Virus record (IMG/VR): IMGVR_UViG_3300027131_000001
Direction: 5' to 3' (one strand)
Length of the DNA: 64,000 bases
DNA from: a virus
Shown here: one piece after another, positions 21,369 to 30,584 of the stretch
How positions within the stretch are numbered: the first letter of the stretch is position 1
Layout: each line of letters opens with the position of its first letter
Notes under the pieces: model-generated
Database searches by the model: none
Told to the model about the DNA's origin: nothing
What the model saw: the letters and a program-made list of their open reading frames with translations, nothing else
Position numbers and translations under genes: made by a program

Positions 21369-22388
21369 TTACTTAGGTGAGAAGAAATTGGTTTCAGATG
21401 GTTCATAGTCATCAGCAAGCCATAGTTCAATTTCTTGAAATGTTAGCGATAATGAAACCGCCACTGGATTCCTATCAAAAAATTGATTTTCTCGAACAAA
21501 AGAAGGACCATGGGGTGCATAATTGACTCCCATATTTGTTAACACACATCGTTTAAACTTTCTCATACTTTCTTCCGGAAGCAGCTGTATTTCAAACACA
21601 GAGGGAGTTTTAAGAATAGCTTTATTACCAGGCATTGATTCGGGAAGCATCTCTCTTCTAAAAAAACCAATTATTTTTTTGATTATGTTGGTTTCTGACT
21701 GCGATTCAGGATATAGTATCCAATCGAATGTGACAGGAGGCTTAAGTGATGTTCCTTGAAATATCATTACAGGAAACGGATTAGCTGTTAACTGTAGACT
21801 AGATTTAATAGCAGAAGGAACCGCACCACCTGTACCTCTAAGAGCCTGCATTCCTAAATTAGTGAGTGCTCGAGCAGCTCCTTCTTTACCTTGATCTGCA
21901 AGATATTGCATACCTCTAGCAGCAGCACCAGCAATAGCATTTGCATCGAGCATTTTTTTCACCCCTTCAACAATTCCGCCTTCAAAAGCAGACTGCCCTA
22001 ATTCTTTTAAAACATTACCAGCATAAAACAAGTCTTCTGAGCTATATCCAGCTGAATAACTATCTGTTAAATTAGTTGGAAGTGGTAGGAATATAGATTT
22101 TTGAAAGGTGAATTCACGTATTGAATCTTTTGGTCTTTCTGTCGAATGAACAAATGCATTAAACGATATATAATAATCACTGCCAAGATCTTCAGGAAAG
22201 ATGATGGGTGAATTATCACTTTCCCTATTACCCTCTATTTTTGTCTGAGCTAGCGTCTGTGTAGTACGGCTTTGATCCCCACCAGGAGGTGCCTGTTGGA
22301 CAGTATTTGGGTTCACTACATCTGATCGTCCAGAAGCAAACCGGCCGCCAAGTCCGGAGCTAGGCTTAAATGCAATTGAATCAACCAT
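21369..22388 (-). CDS. gp48: Baseplate tail-tube cap gp48-like (start re-called at 22388)
   Basis: IFLPLPTNLTDSY; NPFPVMIFQG; CVLTNMGVNYAP; LSLTFQEIE. AGGA Shine-Dalgarno lies just before ATG 22388. Confidence 0.85.
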   Translation of the reverse strand: MVDSIAFKPSSGLGGRFASGRSDVVNPNTVQQAPPGGDQSRTTQTLAQTKIEGNRESDNSPIIFPEDLGSDYYISFNAFVHSTERPKDSIREFTFQKSIFLPLPTNLTDSYSAGYSSEDLFYAGNVLKELGQSAFEGGIVEGVKKMLDANAIAGAAARGMQYLADQGKEGAARALTNLGMQALRGTGGAVPSAIKSSLQLTANPFPVMIFQGTSLKPPVTFDWILYPESQSETNIIKKIIGFFRREMLPESMPGNKAILKTPSVFEIQLLPEESMRKFKRCVLTNMGVNYAPHGPSFVRENQFFDRNPVAVSLSLTFQEIELWLADDYEPSETNFFSPK

Positions 22389-22397
22389 TTGTATCCT

Positions 22398-22841
22398 ATG
22401 AGTTATAACGGAATTTTTAAACCAAGGAATCCTTCCAAGTATAAAGGAGATCCTACTAATATTATTTATCGCTCTCTTTGGGAGTGCAGATTTATGAGCT
22501 ATCTGGATGCACACCCGGATGTCATTCAGTGGGCAAGTGAAGAGTTCTCGATTCCATATTTATCACCCATTGACAACAGAGTACATCGATACTTTCCGGA
22601 CTTTTGGGTAAAGAAGAAGAATAGGGAAGGAATTATAGAGACTGTTGTAGTTGAAATTAAACCTAAAGCACAGACCAAAGCACCTAAGGTAAGAACCAAA
22701 GTAACTAAATCATATGTTAACGAAGTTAAAACCTGGGGGATAAATAGTTCAAAGTGGGAATATGCAACTAAGTTTTGCGAAGAACGGAAATGGAAATTTC
22801 AAATATTAACCGAGGATGATTTGTTTTCTAACAAAAAATAA
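22398..22841 (+). CDS. gp4: Head completion nuclease gp4
   Basis: YNGIFKPRNPSKYKGDPTNIIYRSLWE; WASEE; HRYFPDF; VEIKP. Confidence 0.95.
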   Translation: MSYNGIFKPRNPSKYKGDPTNIIYRSLWECRFMSYLDAHPDVIQWASEEFSIPYLSPIDNRVHRYFPDFWVKKKNREGIIETVVVEIKPKAQTKAPKVRTKVTKSYVNEVKTWGINSSKWEYATKFCEERKWKFQILTEDDLFSNKK

Positions 22842-22843
22842 CA

Positions 22844-23386
22844 ATGGCTCAGACATATCAGCAAATGCTCAACCAAGCAATATCTAAGGGCAAAGTCGCC
22901 GATGCCCAGACATGGTTTGATACCACCTACCAAGATCTATCCTCTAAAAGTACAATAAGCGTAATCAACAGTGGAGATGATAGACTAACAAAAGCTCTAT
23001 CAGTTGGAAAGATGTTTTTGTTCCACTACGATCCAAAATATAAAGAAACACTTCCTCTGTATGATAGATTTCCTCTGATATTTCCTTTTCAAAACGTCAG
23101 TGGTGGATTTATGGGAATCAATTTTCATTACTTACCATACGGACAACGAGCAGCGTTGTTAGATAACCTAATGGTATTAGCTAGTAATAAAACTTTCACA
23201 GACAAAATGCGTTTAAATATGAACTACCGGTTACTAAGCGCTGCGGCAAGAACTGTATCGTTCAAAGAATGTGTTAAAAAGTACCTAAATAGCCATGTTA
23301 GATCCAGATTTTTCTACATTAAACCCGACGAGTGGTCCAAGGCAATCTTGCTGCCTCTAGACGACTTTGTCTATAAGAAGAAGTAA
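22844..23386 (+). CDS. gp2: DNA end protector gp2
   Basis: GKMFLFHYDPKYKETLPLYDRFPL; GINFHYLP; VKKYLNSHVRSRF. Confidence 0.93.
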   Translation: MAQTYQQMLNQAISKGKVADAQTWFDTTYQDLSSKSTISVINSGDDRLTKALSVGKMFLFHYDPKYKETLPLYDRFPLIFPFQNVSGGFMGINFHYLPYGQRAALLDNLMVLASNKTFTDKMRLNMNYRLLSAAARTVSFKECVKKYLNSHVRSRFFYIKPDEWSKAILLPLDDFVYKKK

Positions 23387-24111
23387 TGTTAAACATAAAA
23401 GAATTTAAAGCCGCTGTAAACAAGTACGACCTTGAGCGTCCAAATCTTTTTGCGGTTGAGTTTTCTCTTCCTGATGTTGTCCGCGAATACAACGGACTTG
23501 TTGATATGTCTCAGTATATTGAGAACGGTAAATTAATTACTCTTTTCTGCAAAGGGGCAAACCTACCAGGAACTAATTTGAGCATTGTCGATAACAGACG
23601 ATATGGTATTGGACCAAATGTAAGAATGCCTGTTGCAGCATCAATGAATGATATATCTCTTACCTTTTTAAGTGATTCACATGGAAGACTTCATTTGTTC
23701 TTTTCTGAGTGGATTAACAGAATAAACCCACAGTGGGGAGATTTGGCATCGGATAAAAGACCTGGTGAAGAGTACACGTACGAGTTCAAGTATAAAAAAA
23801 CTTACGAAACAAGTATGGAAATTATAACATACAGCGGAGAGCCTGGTAAGACAGGTGGTTCGGGTATTCTTCAAACTGTTGCATCTGTTGCATCTGCTGC
23901 TGCGGGAATACCGTTTTTAGGTTCTTTGCTTGGAAGTGCAGCAGGCCCTCAACATAACCTTGTCAAAGCAAGATCGCATAAATTCATAAAGATATATCCA
24001 ACAAGCATGAGTGATATATCTCTATCATCCAGTAGTACCGACTCTATTTCTGAATTCACCGTAGGGTTTACATTCAGAACTTTTAAAATGACTAATCACA
24101 ACGTGTCATGA
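23386..24111 (+). CDS. Tail-tube initiator gp54 / gp19-like protein
   Basis: RPNLFAVEF; CKGANLPG; YPTSMSDISLS..EFTVGFTF tube-family pattern. Synteny. Confidence 0.75.
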   Translation: MLNIKEFKAAVNKYDLERPNLFAVEFSLPDVVREYNGLVDMSQYIENGKLITLFCKGANLPGTNLSIVDNRRYGIGPNVRMPVAASMNDISLTFLSDSHGRLHLFFSEWINRINPQWGDLASDKRPGEEYTYEFKYKKTYETSMEIITYSGEPGKTGGSGILQTVASVASAAAGIPFLGSLLGSAAGPQHNLVKARSHKFIKIYPTSMSDISLSSSSTDSISEFTVGFTFRTFKMTNHNVS

Positions 24112-24134
24112 TTTTTTTATAATTAGGAGATATA

Positions 24135-24845
24135 ATGGCTTTACCAAAATTAATGCACCCAACTTTTGAAATACTTGTTCCATCAACAAAGAAATTAGTT
24201 AGATTTAGACCATTCTTGGTCAAGGAAGAAAAGCTAATGCTGATGGCTAAGCAAAGTGGGGAGCAGCAAGACATAATTAATGTGATTAGTCAAGTTATTA
24301 CAAATTGTGATGTTGATAGTGTTTTAAATGCAGAAGAACTTTCATCATTTGACTTAGAAGTATTGTTTTTGAAATTGAGAGCAAAGTCTGTTGGTGAGGA
24401 TATTGAAATAACCTATCGTGATCCTGAAGATGAGGAATTATATACTTTTAAAATTAGTATAGATGAAGTTAATGTGTCTGAAGATGAGAATCATACTAAT
24501 GTAATTAAGTTATCAGAAACATCTGGTATTTTAATGAAGTATCCAAGCGCTAAGCTAATGTCTGATGTTGTTATAAGAGAAGATGTTACTGACATCCTAT
24601 TCTTCATGATACGTGGATGTATGGACCAATACTATGACGGTGATAATATTGTTAATTTTAAGGATAGTAAACCAGAAGAAGTAGATCAATTTATTGAAAC
24701 GTTGCCTTCTAATGTCCTTAAATTATTTGAATCGTTCTTTGATACAATGCCGAAGCTATACCACAAAATTGAATATACTAACAAAAAAGGAACTGAAAGA
24801 ATAGTTGAGCTAAAATCAATTGAAGATTTTTTTACCTTGGGCTGA
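24135..24845 (+). CDS. gp26: Baseplate hub assembly protein gp26
   Basis: MALPKL..PST..RFRPFLVKEEKLMLMA; FLKLRAKSVGE; FFDTMPKL; ends IEDFFTLG. Confidence 0.93.
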   Translation: MALPKLMHPTFEILVPSTKKLVRFRPFLVKEEKLMLMAKQSGEQQDIINVISQVITNCDVDSVLNAEELSSFDLEVLFLKLRAKSVGEDIEITYRDPEDEELYTFKISIDEVNVSEDENHTNVIKLSETSGILMKYPSAKLMSDVVIREDVTDILFFMIRGCMDQYYDGDNIVNFKDSKPEEVDQFIETLPSNVLKLFESFFDTMPKLYHKIEYTNKKGTERIVELKSIEDFFTLG

Positions 24846-25012
24846 GCCATAATAATTTAGAAAATTACTATAATGTAGTTTTCATAATGGCTCAGCACCA
24901 CCACTATTCAATATCAGAGGTTGAAGATATGATTCCTTTTGAAAGGGACGTATTTTTAGAACTGTTAAAAAAACACATTAATAACCAAGAGAGTGCTATG
25001 AAGAATGGCTGA
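24833..25012 (+). CDS. gp51: gp51-like baseplate hub assembly catalyst (in the -1 frame relative to gp26; first ATG only at 24887)
   Basis: Hand translation YLGLSHNNLENYYNVVFIMAQHHHYSISEVEDMIPFERDVFLELLKKHINNQESAMKNG* matches the gp51 pattern (L.NYY..F.M.QHH.YS..E.E.MIP.ER). Confidence 0.85.
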   Translation, partial: YLGLSHNNLENYYNVVFIMAQHHHYSISEVEDMIPFERDVFLELLKKHINNQESAMKNG

Positions 25013-27503
25013 TAAACCAAACCAAGGCTATATTGAGCAGTTGAGAGAAATGAGGGCTCTACGCACTCAGCAACTTAGACAGCAAGGCGCCGATAAGGCG
25101 TTTTACTCGTCTATGAATTCTTCTCAGAAGATGTTACTTAGATCCAATGAAAAAATGATAGCTAGCATGGAGAATATGTCTAGATCTATTCTTTCTGGTT
25201 TTAAAGGACTTGCAGTATCAATTGGTGGAATAGCTGGTAAGGGAGTATCTGCAGCAGCTGGAGGTGTATCAGATATAGCAGGATCTATTGCTGGGGGACT
25301 GACTCGAGTATTGCCGATAGCAATTGCTGGAGTATTGGCAAAGGTATTATTTTGGGATAATCTTACTGAAGATTCCAAAGACAAATTAACTAAATCTGCT
25401 GCAAATTTGTTTCAGAGTATTTTTGGCAACGTACCAGAGTACCTTGGAAAAATGATCAATGGTATCAAAGGTCAACTTGAATCACTTAATATAAGTTCAC
25501 CATTACTTTCGGCATTATCTAAAAAAGCAGGTCAGTTTGTTGATGTATTGACTGCTGGTTTTGACGTCATTAAACCTTTCTTTGATAATATAATTAATTT
25601 TGTCAGTAAGGACCCTGCTGAGCTAATAAAGAACAGCTTAAAAGCAATTGGAGTAAGCGCTCTTAGCGCGCTCCTTCTTCCTACTGCTGCTAGCCTGTTA
25701 ATGGCTATGCTTCGTAATAGTATGTTAATGAGTATGATTAACAACTCTCTTAGTAATCATCTAGGAGGTGGTAGATCTGGCCCGGTCATCGTCGGTGGTC
25801 CTGGCCAAAACCCCAACACCGTCCCAAGAACAGGTCCGCAAGGTCAAGCTGTCAAACCATATGGTAATGGTGCTGCACAAGCAGCAGCTGCACGTGCAGC
25901 TGCTCTAGAACAAGCAGGTGCTAGAACGGCGTGGGCGGTTGCAAAAAGAGTTGGTGCAAGAGCTGCTGGGGTGTTATTTGGGCCAGTTGGTATATTGCTA
26001 AGTCTTGGATGGGCTGCATATGATATTGTTGATATGCTTAGTTCAGAAGGATTTAAAAAAGAAGATATTAAAGAAGCGCTTAAAGCTCATAGAATCGACA
26101 CTCTTGATATGGATATTGCAGGAATCCAACCGGAAGCTGCTAGTTCGATAATGAAAGCTGATGATGTAAAAAATTATGATCAAGCTAAGAAAAGAGTCGA
26201 TGCTTCTGATGAATATAATGCTCCAAGCAGAGAAGATGTTAATGTTGTTCAAAGATACGAGAAGTACCAACAACTTATGGAGGATCTTAACAATCAAAGA
26301 CTTGAGGAGATGAAAGCAGATACTCCTGGATTTGTCAGAGATCGCATTGCGGCAATTTGGGGTAGCCTTACTAAAGACCAAAAACGCGAGTACATTGAAA
26401 ACCACTTACCATTAATGAAAACTGCTAATTTTGTCTATTTTATGGAAAAAAATGGTAAGATAGGAAAAGACACTATAGATAATTATTATGACTTGATGTA
26501 TGGAGATCCTGATTTTGAAAAAGTAGATCCGGATAAACTTACAAATAGTTTACAGGGACTAGTTAAAAGTAAGGAATCAAAACCAATTGGGGGAGAATCT
26601 TCGTCATATGATGTGGTGTATGGTAATGGCAAGTATGGCCGTCCTGGGATCCCACTTACACAAATGACTGGTGCAGAAGTCCAAGAATATCAAAAACAAT
26701 TAGTAGCAGCGACAAAAAAAGATAATGTTGCTGGAGGAAGAGGGACTGGTGCTGTTGGAGCATATCAGGCTACCCAAACAACATTAGCTGATTTTTATAA
26801 CGATCCTGCTAATGCAGGTCTTAAAGACCAATTATTCAATGAAGAAGTACAAGATGCATTCTTCAAGTGGAGAATAAACAAAGATATGACAGACTATATG
26901 TCTGGAAAAATTACCAAGGATCAATTTGTAAATAAAATTTCAGGTATATGGGAAGCTTTTGGTAAGAATCCTGAATATAAAAAAGAACTAGCTGCTTTGA
27001 TAGATGACCCTTCGAAGTATACATCAACCTCAGCAAATTTGAGCGATCAACAAAAGGCAACTCAACAAGCAGCCAACATAGCTATTTTTAAAAAGAAACT
27101 TGCAGACTTAGCTAGTCCCCTAGGCGATACAACACCAGCTATTGTCAATGGCACCGATGTTGCCAAAGTAATAAAAGACTCAACTGTAGAAGCGGTAGAT
27201 GCTGGTAAAAAAGGAGTTGGTATTTTAAGTAAAATATTATCTACACCAGGTAATATAGACTTCAAAGAAGTATTTAATAACTTTGAATCATTAACTGATG
27301 AGCTCGATAGTAAGTTCCAAGAAATATACAAAGCTCAGAACGGTAAACAAGTCAGCTCTGTATCAGACAATTCCACAACTATGTTAAATATTAACAACAG
27401 CACAGGCGGCGGCGGTGGAGGTATAAATGTAGCCCAGGTGAAATCTAACCACGACTACAATACTGCGTTTAATTCTCTTGCAGGTGGAAGATTATCGGTA
27501 TAA
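25005..27503 (+). CDS. Tape-measure-like protein (gp29 position) with a C-terminal lysozyme-like domain
   Basis: Helical, Ala/Gly-rich N-terminal half. ES..SYDVVYG..GAVGAYQ..TL..FNEEVQD..W muramidase pattern at about 26550-26965. Follows gp26/gp51. Confidence 0.72.
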   Translation: MADKPNQGYIEQLREMRALRTQQLRQQGADKAFYSSMNSSQKMLLRSNEKMIASMENMSRSILSGFKGLAVSIGGIAGKGVSAAAGGVSDIAGSIAGGLTRVLPIAIAGVLAKVLFWDNLTEDSKDKLTKSAANLFQSIFGNVPEYLGKMINGIKGQLESLNISSPLLSALSKKAGQFVDVLTAGFDVIKPFFDNIINFVSKDPAELIKNSLKAIGVSALSALLLPTAASLLMAMLRNSMLMSMINNSLSNHLGGGRSGPVIVGGPGQNPNTVPRTGPQGQAVKPYGNGAAQAAAARAAALEQAGARTAWAVAKRVGARAAGVLFGPVGILLSLGWAAYDIVDMLSSEGFKKEDIKEALKAHRIDTLDMDIAGIQPEAASSIMKADDVKNYDQAKKRVDASDEYNAPSREDVNVVQRYEKYQQLMEDLNNQRLEEMKADTPGFVRDRIAAIWGSLTKDQKREYIENHLPLMKTANFVYFMEKNGKIGKDTIDNYYDLMYGDPDFEKVDPDKLTNSLQGLVKSKESKPIGGESSSYDVVYGNGKYGRPGIPLTQMTGAEVQEYQKQLVAATKKDNVAGGRGTGAVGAYQATQTTLADFYNDPANAGLKDQLFNEEVQDAFFKWRINKDMTDYMSGKITKDQFVNKISGIWEAFGKNPEYKKELAALIDDPSKYTSTSANLSDQQKATQQAANIAIFKKKLADLASPLGDTTPAIVNGTDVAKVIKDSTVEAVDAGKKGVGILSKILSTPGNIDFKEVFNNFESLTDELDSKFQEIYKAQNGKQVSSVSDNSTTMLNINNSTGGGGGGINVAQVKSNHDYNTAFNSLAGGRLSV

Positions 27504-27532
27504 AAAAAGGGCCTGTTGGCCCTTTCCTTTTT
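27501..27532. terminator. Bidirectional intrinsic terminator between convergent genes
   Basis: AAAAAAAGGGCC-TGTT-GGCCCTTTCCTTTT between the tape measure and gp32 stop codons. Confidence 0.85.
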
Positions 27533-28448
27533 AATCGTTCAATAGTGCTTTGAACTGATCCAGATCCTCATCCCCATCAGAATCCCACGGTGCTGATTCC
27601 TTTGTTGACGAAGCTGCTTTTGCTGTCTTCTGAGGTTTAGGTGCTTCAACTTCATCATCTAAATTAGTGAATGACGCGTTCTGAATACTAGCTGTACTTC
27701 CGTCTAATGCTAAGACACGGTACAGCTTTGTCTTCAACTCATCATAAGGCTTGAAGTGCTCTTCTTTAAGGAATTCAGTCAGTGAATGCTCTGACTTCCA
27801 AATCTTCTCCAACGCTTCATCATCTGAACCAAGTGGCTCTGGCTTATCAAACTCAGACTTATCATAGTTACGGTACCCTTCTACCTTACGAATCTTTAGC
27901 TTGAAGTTTGCACCAGCCCAAAGATCAAACGGATTGACAGGTTCCTCATCCTCGAATTCCGGGTTCATTGCAGCATTCAGCTTATCAAAGATCTTCTTAC
28001 CGTACTTAAACAGAAAGACTTTACCTTCGTTCTCTGGATGTGCCTTATCACTAATAACCATGATGTTACTAATGAAGTTCAGTTTACGCTTTTGCTTGCG
28101 TACCTGCTCCTTGTTTGCTTCCAGTCCAGTAGCCCATAGTTGGCTATTGTATTCAGAAACAGGATCTTGCCTACCTAAAGTAGTAAGCGACTTTTCAATG
28201 TACCATTTACCAGCAGGACCTTGAAAGCCGTGTTCGAAGATACGAACGAACGGAACATCTTCGCCGTCTGGTGCTGGTAGGAACCTGATAACAGCAAAGC
28301 CGTTACCGGACTTATCTACTTCTGGTTGCCAAAAGCGATTATCATTCTCGCGGCCGCCACCTTCAGGTGCTGCGAGTTTGTTTACTTGCTGGGTGATTTT
28401 CTCGAGACTAGTCTTTGAAGACTTTTTGAGAGATGAAAATGATGTCAT
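27531..28448 (-). CDS. gp32: Single-stranded DNA-binding protein gp32
   Basis: DNRFWQPEVDKSGNGFAVIRFLPA; GKVFLFKYGKKIFDK; GANFKLKIRKVEGYRNYDKSEF; acidic tail. Confidence 0.97.
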   Translation of the reverse strand: MTSFSSLKKSSKTSLEKITQQVNKLAAPEGGGRENDNRFWQPEVDKSGNGFAVIRFLPAPDGEDVPFVRIFEHGFQGPAGKWYIEKSLTTLGRQDPVSEYNSQLWATGLEANKEQVRKQKRKLNFISNIMVISDKAHPENEGKVFLFKYGKKIFDKLNAAMNPEFEDEEPVNPFDLWAGANFKLKIRKVEGYRNYDKSEFDKPEPLGSDDEALEKIWKSEHSLTEFLKEEHFKPYDELKTKLYRVLALDGSTASIQNASFTNLDDEVEAPKPQKTAKAASSTKESAPWDSDGDEDLDQFKALLND

Positions 28449-28512
28449 AATGTGCTCCTTGTATAAAACGTATGTAAATGTATATTAAATTATCCACCTT
28501 CTGCATAATATA

Positions 28513-28541
28513 ATTATATGCCAACCGATAAGCTAAGTCAA
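28513..28541 (-). promoter_or_regulatory. Sigma70-type promoter for gp32
   Basis: TTGACT-N17-TATAAT. Confidence 0.75.
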
Positions 28542-29107
28542 CGCTTAAAGTGTTCGATCAGTATACCCTTATATTTATCATCGTAATCGACAAAAGGAGT
28601 AAGTTTTTGTAACTTATTTTTCTCCTCTTGCCATACAATACAGTTCTTCAAATTCTTTGTCCAGTACCCAAAGAACCGTTGTATCTTATTGATTATAATC
28701 AATGTCTCTGCACTTATCTCTTTGGAAAGATACTTTTTGAAAAGGACTGGATGTTGGTTATCCACTACCTTCAGACTATCAATTAAGTTATCTATCTTTT
28801 CTAAATCATTCTTAAAGACATAAGACATTGACTGCTTTCTCATTAGCCAATCCCTGTATGCTTTTTCTGCGGTCTGCTCATTAACTAAATCTCCAACCCA
28901 TCGATCACCACATACAAAGTTAGCAACCAAGAATCCTACCACATCTTTGTGCTTAGCAAGTTTCGCAAAGAAGTACTTATCTGACCTCTTTTCAAAAGTT
29001 GCATAGGATGCTCTTACTTTACCGTTGTATTTAAAATAATCGTATGTTGTTGATTGGAAATGTCGTTTGAGAGCGCAATATGTCTTGTACGCTTCGTAAT
29101 CTGTCAT
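28538..29107 (-). CDS. gp59: Helicase loader gp59
   Basis: AYKTYCALKRHF..YDYFKYNGK..FEKRSDKYFFAKLA; ISAETL. Confidence 0.93.
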   Translation of the reverse strand: MTDYEAYKTYCALKRHFQSTTYDYFKYNGKVRASYATFEKRSDKYFFAKLAKHKDVVGFLVANFVCGDRWVGDLVNEQTAEKAYRDWLMRKQSMSYVFKNDLEKIDNLIDSLKVVDNQHPVLFKKYLSKEISAETLIIINKIQRFFGYWTKNLKNCIVWQEEKNKLQKLTPFVDYDDKYKGILIEHFKR

Positions 29108-29340
29108 AGAGGTAGTTGTGTTGTCTTTGGAAGATAGTTAAGCTTCTCAGCCTCTAGCTGAATGGATGCTTTCAGCTTTGAATTATTTCTGATTAATGAT
29201 GCAGCAGATTCTACATCAAGTCCTTTTTGCTCACAAAAGTAAATCACAGCATCAATGTATTCCATCTTTCTGGTTAGTACTAGCTTCTCGATCTCTTTTG
29301 TGAACTCTACAATACTTACAAAACTTAGGTCCTGTATCAT
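29104..29340 (-). CDS. gp33: Late transcription coactivator gp33 (start re-called at 29340)
   Basis: FTKEIEKLV..YIDAVIYFCEQ..LKASIQLEAEKLNYLPKT. Directly upstream of gp59. Confidence 0.9.
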   Translation of the reverse strand: MIQDLSFVSIVEFTKEIEKLVLTRKMEYIDAVIYFCEQKGLDVESAASLIRNNSKLKASIQLEAEKLNYLPKTTQLPL

Positions 29341-29341
29341 A

Positions 29342-29650
29342 TTATACGAAGAAAATAAGACCAAGCATAATAGCTTGTATTGCAAACCCGATACCGATGG
29401 TTACCAACATCAGCATATCCTTGATTATAGCGGATCTGACGAAGTATAACAATAACCCTGCCCATATCATTAAAGTGATATCTAAAGGCGGCATACGGTC
29501 GGTTACATGCGCCATTACGGCAAAGAACCCGGGAACGGTTGAAGCAATCATACAAATAACGCTTAACCATGCAAAAGTATCAGCTGATCCCTTCGAAAAC
29601 CCATCAAAGAATTGAATCAGTGTTTGCTTGAATTGATTAATTTTATCCAT
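29342..29650 (-). CDS. Small membrane protein (about 3 transmembrane segments)
   Basis: Three hydrophobic stretches. Tightly packed in the operon. Confidence 0.65.
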   Translation of the reverse strand: MDKINQFKQTLIQFFDGFSKGSADTFAWLSVICMIASTVPGFFAVMAHVTDRMPPLDITLMIWAGLLLYFVRSAIIKDMLMLVTIGIGFAIQAIMLGLIFFV

Positions 29651-30183
29651 TATACCTTCTGCCCGTAAAAGATGTGACGACCGATTTGAGTGATTCTAGG
29701 AAGCTTCCAATTTGGATTAACATAATCCGCATGGTAAAAGTATGCGTTCTTGAGTGAGGACAATCTAAAGTCTTCCAGCAACACCTTCTTTGCCACTTCC
29801 ATTGATTCCTTATATGCACCGTTATGTCTTACTGTTGGTCCGCTTTCACAATACCAAGAGAACTGACATATCACCTTACCATACACTACATTCTTCTGGT
29901 AGACAACATTACAAATATCAGATGGATACTTACCTGACTCGGATCTATTTATTGTAACCTGTGCAACAGCAACCTTACCTTCAAAAGGCTCTGATGCTGC
30001 CTCAAAGTAAATATTCTTTGCAAGACAAGTTAGTTGCCGCTCCCTCTCAGCCATTGATATTGGACTATTGAAATTACGATCTTGCCTGTATTGCTCAATC
30101 TTACTTGTTGTGAATTTAGAAATTAATATTAGCGTGACAGAAAGTAATAAAACCTTTATCACTACGTTAGCAGCGCGTACCAT
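29650..30183 (-). CDS. SleB-like cell wall hydrolase (Hydrolase_2) with an N-terminal anchor
   Basis: CLAKNIYFEA..EGKVAVAQVTINR..YPSDICNVVYQ..CQFSW; FYHADYVNPNW; IGRHIFY. Confidence 0.92.
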   Translation of the reverse strand: MVRAANVVIKVLLLSVTLILISKFTTSKIEQYRQDRNFNSPISMAERERQLTCLAKNIYFEAASEPFEGKVAVAQVTINRSESGKYPSDICNVVYQKNVVYGKVICQFSWYCESGPTVRHNGAYKESMEVAKKVLLEDFRLSSLKNAYFYHADYVNPNWKLPRITQIGRHIFYGQKV

Positions 30184-30230
30184 TGGTTCTCCTTATTTGT
30201 AGAAGGCAGCATGCCCTCTGCACGATCAGA

Positions 30231-30512
30231 TTACTTCTTGGCAGAAGTGTGAGATGTGTGCTTGGTCTCCGAAGGGAGGTTAGAAACGAATCCGTTCAAA
30301 GTCTGTGCTTTGCTTATGATATCGTGTTCTGTGGGATATGGCGGATAGGCTGGATGTTCTGGAATAGATTGTCCGTTCAGCTTAGCTGAATCAACCTTTA
30401 CATGCCAGTCCTCACTGAGTCGACTCTTTTCTGAGAAGTAAGAATCGGTTAGCATGTCCTTTGCCATTTTAAGAAGTTCGAGCCTGATCTCGAACGGGGT
30501 CATATTACTCAT
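30231..30512 (-). CDS. Conserved phage hypothetical protein
   Basis: MTPFEIRLELLKMAKDML..YP..II.KA..LNGFVS. Strong AAGGAG RBS. Confidence 0.75.
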   Translation of the reverse strand: MSNMTPFEIRLELLKMAKDMLTDSYFSEKSRLSEDWHVKVDSAKLNGQSIPEHPAYPPYPTEHDIISKAQTLNGFVSNLPSETKHTSHTSAKK

Positions 30513-30576
30513 AACTATCTCCTTGTGTGTATGTGTGATTTTAGTTTTAGTCGGACCAAAAACCGATTGTGTATCT

Positions 30577-30584
30577 TATTTATA
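30577..30584 (-). promoter_or_regulatory. T4-type late promoter
   Basis: TATAAATA on the minus strand, upstream of the 30512/SleB operon. Confidence 0.65.

Noticed and set aside
382-21759. Many short plus-strand ORFs over the structural genes
   Set aside because: Antisense shadows of long minus-strand genes, with no RBS or recognisable motifs.
22389-22514. N-terminal extension of gp48 in the ORF track
   Set aside because: Overlaps gp4 head-on. The SD-led ATG at 22388 is more plausible.
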